Below are positions 53,844 to 64,000 of a DNA stretch of 64,000 nucleotides, one piece after another. Numbering within the stretch: position 1 is the first letter of the stretch; each line of letters begins with the position of its first letter. The DNA comes from the human T2T-CHM13v2.0 reference genome, Homo sapiens. Below the pieces are notes generated by a model. The model searched no databases. It was not told where the DNA came from and saw nothing but the letters and a program-made list of their open reading frames with translations. Position numbers and translations under genes: made by a program. The stretch lies in assembly GCF_009914755.1 (NCBI RefSeq), contig NC_060941.1; one strand, written 5' to 3'.

Positions 53844-55423
53844 TGACCTCATGATCCCCCCACCTCGGCCTCCCGGTCCACTTTTGTTTTAGCTTGAGGG
53901 CGTACGTGTGCGGCTTTGTTACAAGGGTATGCTGCGTGGTGCTAAAGTTTGGGCTTCTATGAATCCTGTCACCCAGACAGTGAACCACAGGAAGTAATAT
54001 GCCCAGATAGTATCCAATAGAAAGCATTTCAGCCCTTCCTCCCCTTCCTCCCTCCCTCCCTCCTTCTGGAGCCCCCAGTGTCTACTATTCCCATCTTTTT
54101 TATTTGAGACAGTGTCTCGCTCTGTTGCCCAGGCTGGAATGCAGTGGCACGATCACGGCTTACTGCAGCCTCAATCTTCTGGGCTCAAGTGATCCTCCCA
54201 ACGAAGCCTTCCAAGTAGTGGGACTACAGGCATGCGCCACCACGCCCAGCTACTTTTCATATTTTTTGTAGAGACTGGACCTCCCTATGTTGCTCAGGCT
54301 GGTCTCAAACTCCTGAGCTCAAGCAATCCACCTGTCTCGGTCTCCCAAGAGCTGGGATTCCAGGCGTGCACCAGTGCCTGACTTCGTTCTTTATGGCTAC
54401 ATCCAACATCATTTCATTTAGTCCTCTCAGCTGTTCTGAGGTCAGCACTATTATCTCCATTTCACAGATGAAGAAATTAGTATTTGTCATTTCAACGAAA
54501 CTTCATGGAGCCCTCACAAATGACAACATCTCCATTTCACATCACGAGACCCAAAGGGAAGGGTGCACGTCAGAAGCAAATCCAGGATGCGAAGCCAGGT
54601 CTGTCTGATGCCAAAGGGCAAGCCCTGAGCCCGAAACCCCATACTGCGCATGCCCAGCACACCTGCGTTTCCAGCTCTCACAAAGGCTTCGACAGACCTG
54701 GCTCTTCGTGCTAAAAAGCTCACCAAGACACTGCCCTTGCCATCTGCACCTGCCTAGAAACATGATTAGCACTATAATAAATGGCTCCAGGGCCAGCCAA
54801 CCTGCAGGGCATGGGGGTGGATTCCCAGGCTTTGTCTTTCCTGACCAGGTTTTGCTCTTGCTGAGACTCCATTGGCAAAGCTTATTTGAGGGCACGCCTG
54901 CACCTGCCTGCAGAAACACCTCGAAACAGCTCTGGCTGTTTGGAAGGCTGGTCATTTGCAAGCAGAAGCATGGGAAGCATTATTAATGACATGTGGTGTG
55001 GAACAATGGTCGTACCACAGACCTGTAGCACCAAGATCAAATCATCCCTGATGGAAAGCTTGGCCAAGACTGGCCCAGTGCTTCCAGGCTGGTGCACACA
55101 GTGCCACGATCCCCAAACACAGGGCCCCAAGCCCCAGATCAGGAACCTGGGGAAGCCCAGGCACCTGGGAGGTCAGGGAACCACTGCCCTTCATGGAAAA
55201 CTTGGGACGAACTGAAACAGAACACTTTATTTGTAAAGGAGCAAAGACCGTCGACCAGGCCAAGCACTTGGCTATCACAAAATCGGGACGAGAAGCCTTT
55301 AATCAGCCAGTTCTCTCTACAGACAGCCCACCTGTGAATTTTCCCCACCTAGCTGGGGAACAGATTCTTTCACATGGCGGTCAAGGCAAACGAGACAGGA
55401 AATCACAACAATCACAACAATCA

Positions 55424-55729
<306 letters not shown>

Positions 55730-56030
55730 TCACCCAGCCCCTGATCCTACCAGTTTAAAGAAAAAATGGGTATAAAAGAACACCAGCAGGGCACAACCAG
55801 CCAGATCCCGCATGCAGGCAGTTCCACAAGTCAACGACCAAGGTCCTTCAATAGATGGATGGGAGGAACTTGGAGGGGAGGGGATGCAAGGGGGAGCTGT
55901 TCTAAACCAGAGAGACTTGGGGCGCTGCTCCGATGCCAATGCAGTCACTTGTGAGACAAAAGGTAAACTGCACAAGGGCTTGCAGCCTGGAGAACACTCA
56001 GGAGTCTGTCCGTTTTGTCGGACATGATCA

Positions 56031-56324
<294 letters not shown>

Positions 56325-56542
56325 TCAATATGTTTTCAGCACACTCAGGGGAAGAGGCCTACAGAACAAGGACTCCCAGCCCAGATCTGTGCTCACTGAC
56401 AAGTGCCCACAGGCCAGTGCTCCTCACAGAGGCAGCAAGCAAACACGGCTAAGGACTGTTCTCCCAAATCCATGGACAAGCCAACCAATGTATCGTGACT
56501 GCTCTATCCTAACAGATATGCCAAAAGCAGAGACGCCCGTTA

Positions 56543-56887
<345 letters not shown>

Positions 56888-57055
56888 CTACATCAGGAGC
56901 TATCCGAGAACAGAAATCGGTTGAGCTTCTCCTGTCCCCTTCCTAATGAGTGACCCAAGGCACCCAGGGGGATTCTCGTGAGTGGCCATCTGCGCTGCTC
57001 CCCACCTGTCTCCACCTCCCCTTCTGGGTGCACTACTTGGCTAAGGCACACGTGA

Positions 57056-57607
<552 letters not shown>

Positions 57608-57920
57608 TGAGCTGCATCTCCACAGCTGGAGGCCTACATTCGGTGGTGCAACTCAATGGGATTAACAGACATCCCTGAGATGAAGGCCAGAGGAAACAAA
57701 GACACCAGGGGTCTGACTGCAGCAAAGAAACCAGAGCTGAGCGAGAACCAGGACAACGGGCACAAGAGAGACCAGCAAAGCAGGCGGGATGGCCTGGGAG
57801 GCTCCTCACGACCTCCAGCTCTGAAGCCAAGAGACTACAATTCACACAGTGCACTGGCTGTAAGCAGAGGGGAAGACGCCACGCGGTCTCCAGGCCTCAA
57901 CCTCAGCACAGAGCGGCTCA

Positions 57921-58229
<309 letters not shown>

Positions 58230-58504
58230 TTAGTGACACCAAATCAAAGCCTCTTCTTCAGACTTTTCAGAGTCAGCTGGCACAAATCAGCCAGCGTTAA
58301 TAACGGGGAGAGTGGCACAGTGGGGGCCATGAGAGCCGAAGACTGTACTCTTCTGCTCCTGTGATCAAGCTTCCAACAACACTTGTCATTGTGGACTGCA
58401 AGGGCCGGTAACAAGGCTTATTGCTTTTCTTCCACCTTGAGCCATAAATAACTCCCATGCATATGTCACACCTCTCCCAGACTCAAATGTACCAGCTTAC
58501 TCAC

Positions 58505-58558
58505 CTGGAGCATGCAGAAGAACCAGCAGGTCAGAGCAGCCACTGCACTCTCCCTGCA
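58505..58558 (-). CDS. FLCN: Candidate FLCN in-frame 54-nt cassette exon ([18 protein letters not shown])
   Basis: tttcag|TGC acceptor and perfect CAG|gtgagt donor; phase 0, no stop. Weak pyrimidine tract. Confidence 0.55.
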
Positions 58559-58601
58559 CTGAAATCCGCACATTTTATTCTTTCTTTCTTTCTTTATTTG
58601 A

Positions 58602-58706
<105 letters not shown>

Positions 58707-59675
58707 TGAGTAGCTGGGATTGTAAGAGTGTGCCACCACGCCTGGCTAATTTTTTTGTATTTTTTTTAGAGAGGGGGTTTCACCATGTTGGCCAGGCTGG
58801 TCTCGAACTCCTGACCTCAGGTGATCTGCCGGCCTCGGCCTCCCAAAGGGCTGGGATTACAGGAGTGGGCCACCATGCCCAGCCCCACATACTTTATTCT
58901 TATAAGAGGATTTCAGTCCCTCCTCATTACATACTTACTCTTCCTTAACACACAATTCTAACAGACATGCCGAGCTGCCTGCTAGCAGACCAGCGGTAGG
59001 AAATTAAAAGGAGAGGACAGTTGAGGGCAGGCACACAGCCACACTGAATGAGAACAGTAAGGGAGCTTGGTGTGTCGAACTGGGTGGACACCAATGACAA
59101 GGAAGTTTAGTAACTGAACGACGAATTCTTTGTAACAAAGACCTGAGCTCAGAGTCAAGAGCAACAGCAGCAGCGACGTAGTTTAGGAAGAAATCATCCA
59201 CACCTCAGCAGGCTGAGAGCAGCACGGGATCATCACTGAGACTTGGAATGAGGACTGAGATAATAAAAAAAGGTGATGTTGATGCAATGAACCACCTAAC
59301 CTAGAAATGCTTCCTATCTTAGGAATACATCCATCAAGAATAGACACACATGGCTGGGCATGGCGGCTCACACCTGTAATCCTAGTGCTTTGGGAGGATG
59401 AGCCAGAGGATTGCTTGAGTTCGAGACCAACCTGGGCAACATACTGAGACCTCATCTCTACAAAAAAATTTTAAAAAGGTGGGGCACAGTGGCTCCCACC
59501 TGTAATCCCAGCACTTCGGGAGGCCGAGGCGGGCAAATCACAAGGTCAGGAGTTCAAGACCAGCTCGGCCAACATGGTGAAATCTCTTCTCTACTAAAAA
59601 TACAAAAAATTAGCCGGGCATGGTGGCACACGCCTGTTGTCCCAGCTACTCAGGATAGCTGAGACAGAAGAATCA

Positions 59676-60013
<338 letters not shown>

Positions 60014-60222
60014 TCAGAAAATGCTCAGCAAGTCCAACATGACTCCTCCCGCAATTCTGGACAAGGGAGGCGTCCTGTACCCTGTGCTGTGCTGATCTGC
60101 GGGTCCGCCCTGAGAGAGGACCAGTGCCTGCCTCCCTGTGCAATGCTGGCTCCGAGCCCACCCAGAGCACCTGGGAGCATGTGGGCTCCCACAGAGACAG
60201 GCTCTGTGGCCACAAGGCTCAC

Positions 60223-60369
60223 CTCACAGCTCAGGCTCCGGACACAGGCCTGGCGGACAATGCTGAAGAGCTGGGGGTGGCTGGGGTGCTGGTGGCTGAC
60301 GTATTTAATGGAGGTCTCTTTATCATGGCTGATATATCCCGGGTGCCCTGCAGCAAGTGACCGGCAGCC
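60223..60369 (-). CDS. FLCN: FLCN exon 5
   Basis: [20 protein letters not shown]...RSLSCE; 147 nt. Confidence 0.97.
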
Positions 60370-60964
60370 CTGTCCATGAAAAGGAAAAGTAAATCTGTTA
60401 GTTGGGAAGCAGGGCGACAAACTCTCTTAGGTTTATGCAAATCTGAGCTCGGAAAACTCAAGCTATTTTTGTAAAAAAATAATTGGCTTCCAGATTTATA
60501 CTTATCTGAAGATTTAAATGTTTCCTAAAGAGGAAAACAGAACACAGAGATCGCAGAGATTGCCAGAGGTTGTTCCTAACAGGTATTTGCTGAGCACTTA
60601 CGAAGTAGGTAACATGAAAAGGGCCCTGCATGCTCCATCTCATTCAATCCCAAGTGTCACCCTCTGAGATAATGTCAGTGAGAAGCCCCATTCTACAGAA
60701 GACAAAACTGAGGCTGAAGTGAGAAGTAGCTGGCCCGAGGGTGAGGGGCTCTGTGGTGGTAACACTACCCACTGCTCCCAGCCTCCATCATTGGTTCTGA
60801 ACTAACACCTGGAAGGGGCTTCAGCCACAGGCGAGAGGCCCAATAAATAGGGCGAGCACCAAGCTCCAGGATGTTGGTGTGGCAGCTCACCACTGCTGCC
60901 CCGCTGCCCCGCTGCAGCCACAGCCACTCCGATGCTGAGGCTGTGCGCCCTGGAGCTGCTCCTA

Positions 60965-61756
<792 letters not shown>

Positions 61757-61908
61757 TCAAAAAAAACAAAACAAAACAAAACAAAAGCTACAGTCAGGAT
61801 GAGCGGAAAGAACTGAAGGGCCCCTGAGAAGCAGTCTGTGTCACCCCGGGAGGCCCCGTCCACTGCTCTCAGGTCCTCCTGTCCATCCCACACCTACTGC
61901 AGGGATCA

Positions 61909-62229
<321 letters not shown>

Positions 62230-63399
62230 TCAGCTTGCCAATGCCTATTGACTCCATGAAACCTCCCCAGCCCCTCTGGAGCACAGGGAGCACCTGGGTG
62301 CCATGGACTTCCTGCCCAGGAGAGGCCACCCGCCAGTTCCCCAGCCCCCTGCCAGCACTGCTTTGCCCCAGTGCGAGAGGAACAGAGATAGGATCTTCCC
62401 ATGGGAGTCACAGCAAATAGGGGAGGGGACAATGTGGACCAATGATAGCACAGCTGGAGCTGTGACAGAGCCACAGCCACAAAGCCAACGGCGCTGGAAA
62501 GGAATGTCCTCAAGTGACATGAACTGCAGCCAAACCTGGCAAACCCTGTGAGAACAAATAGATAAAAGGCCACAGGGAGAGGGTCCTCCACCCAATACAT
62601 ACCTGCTTGGCACCTGCTCCATGTGGGCCAAGGTGCTAGGCAACATGATACTGCCCTCATGCAGCTTACCTCCTGCAGGGGGTCGGCGGGGGACACAGGA
62701 AAACTGCTTCCTGCGAGAGGCCCACGCAGGGAATGACCAGAGGAGGCAGGAGCCTGGAAGGACTGGCTTACGGGGCCAAGCAAGAGTTGAAGGGCAGGGT
62801 GGGTGCTGTACTGTCTGAGGGGTGTGTAAGGTCCGGTGTCCAAAGAGCAGCAGCAGACAGGGTGGAGGCTGTAGGAAGCAGATCTTATAGCTCCTCCAGG
62901 CCACCGAAAGACCCTGGATGTGTTATCAGAGACTAGGGAGGCTTTGGGGGTTCTGATGAGACATGAGAAAATGTGAATTTCACTTGAATAGGTTCACTCA
63001 TGCCCATGTGCAGAAAAGATGGCAGGGGGCCAGGGTGGAGGTGGGGAACAAGCTGAGGCACCCTGGTGACTGATCTGAGCAGGAAGGGACAGTGGCCCAG
63101 GCCAGGCAGGGTGAAGACGCACAGTGCGGGTGGGGTGCAGAGTGCGGAGCAGTGAGCAGGGGAGAAGGCCCAGTGAGTGCCTGCTGAGCCTTCACGGGGA
63201 CGGGACACAGCAGCAGAGCCAAGCGCTGCGGTCGGGGCTGACGCATGGGACCTCCGTGGAGTGCAGCCCTTGTAGACTCAGAGGTGGAGAAGGGAGGACA
63301 GCTAGCCAACATGACCAAGCACAGGCAGTGAGGCCAGAGGGGAGCTCCAGGGTCACCCCAGTGACCAGGTAAACTGCTTTAGCAAGGTGGGACTGGAAT

Positions 63400-63740
63400 G
63401 TCACATGGCCTTAAAAAGGAAGGAAACCCTGCCACAAGCTACGGCACGGCTGAAACTGAAGGACATTACACGAAATGATCTACACTGGTCACAAACGGAT
63501 AAACACTGTAGGATTCCACTTAAATAGGAGGTACCTAGAGTCCTCAAAGCCAGAGACAGAGAGCAGAATGGCAGCTGCCGGGGACTGGGAGGGAAGAGCG
63601 GGGCTCAGTTCTGGAGACGGAAGGTGGCGATGGCCGCACAGCACTGTGAACATACTTCATGCCACGGCACTGCACGCCGAACAGTGGTTCAAATGGCGCA
63701 TTTTAGGTCATGTATTATTTCACCACAATCTTTTTAAAAG
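63400..63740 (+). mobile_element. Old L1 3'UTR fragment (L1M-type)
   Basis: ccttaaaaaggaaggaaa...ggattccactt...gaggtacctagag...gagacagagagcagaatgg. Confidence 0.7.
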
Positions 63741-64000
63741 GGGGAGTGGTAACCTGCAGAACAATGATGAAGTCAAAGGTGACCTTAACACAGTTTCCGG
63801 TGGAGAAAAAGCTCACAGGAGTGGGTAGAGAGAGCCCTTTGGAGAGTTTCCATGGCAGAGCCAGCAATGGGACACCTGGTGGGGACATGGAGTCAAGGAA
63901 AGCCCCAAGCTTGGCCACAGTACAGCTGCGATGCCGGCGGAACCATGTGAAGGCCAGGGGCAGCTGCAGGCACAAAGTCTGAGGGACACCAAGCACTCAT

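Overview
Human genomic DNA, recognisable as chr17p11.2 (Smith-Magenis region). It is not prokaryotic, and there are no CRISPR arrays, rRNA or tRNA genes. Three genes are present. (1) The 3' part of MPRIP (+): the tail of a giant coding exon (1-1968), seven short coiled-coil exons, a stop-containing 63-nt cassette exon, and a terminal exon with a ~7.7-kb 3'UTR ending near 26700. (2) The complete two-exon PLD6 (MitoPLD/Zucchini; -, 252 aa) under a CpG island built from a KLF/SP plus E-box minisatellite. (3) FLCN coding exons 4-14 (-, 1740 nt = 579 aa, intact), including a GC-AG intron and the C8 Birt-Hogg-Dube hotspot. The rest is Alu-dense (about 40 copies), with old L1/MIR fragments, U6 and 7SL retropseudogenes, a probable solo LTR and a probable processed lncRNA retrocopy. 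I found no convincing new gene system. The best unexplained structures are: a ~115-nt non-Alu inverted repeat bracketing the last FLCN acceptor and stop codon; a ~190-nt non-Alu direct repeat with a hairpin in two MPRIP introns; a six-donor array after one MPRIP exon; a candidate MPRIP poison exon; and the PLD6 promoter array with an upstream in-frame ATG. Exon coordinates were read by hand from splice sites and reading frame. Repeat boundaries are approximate.
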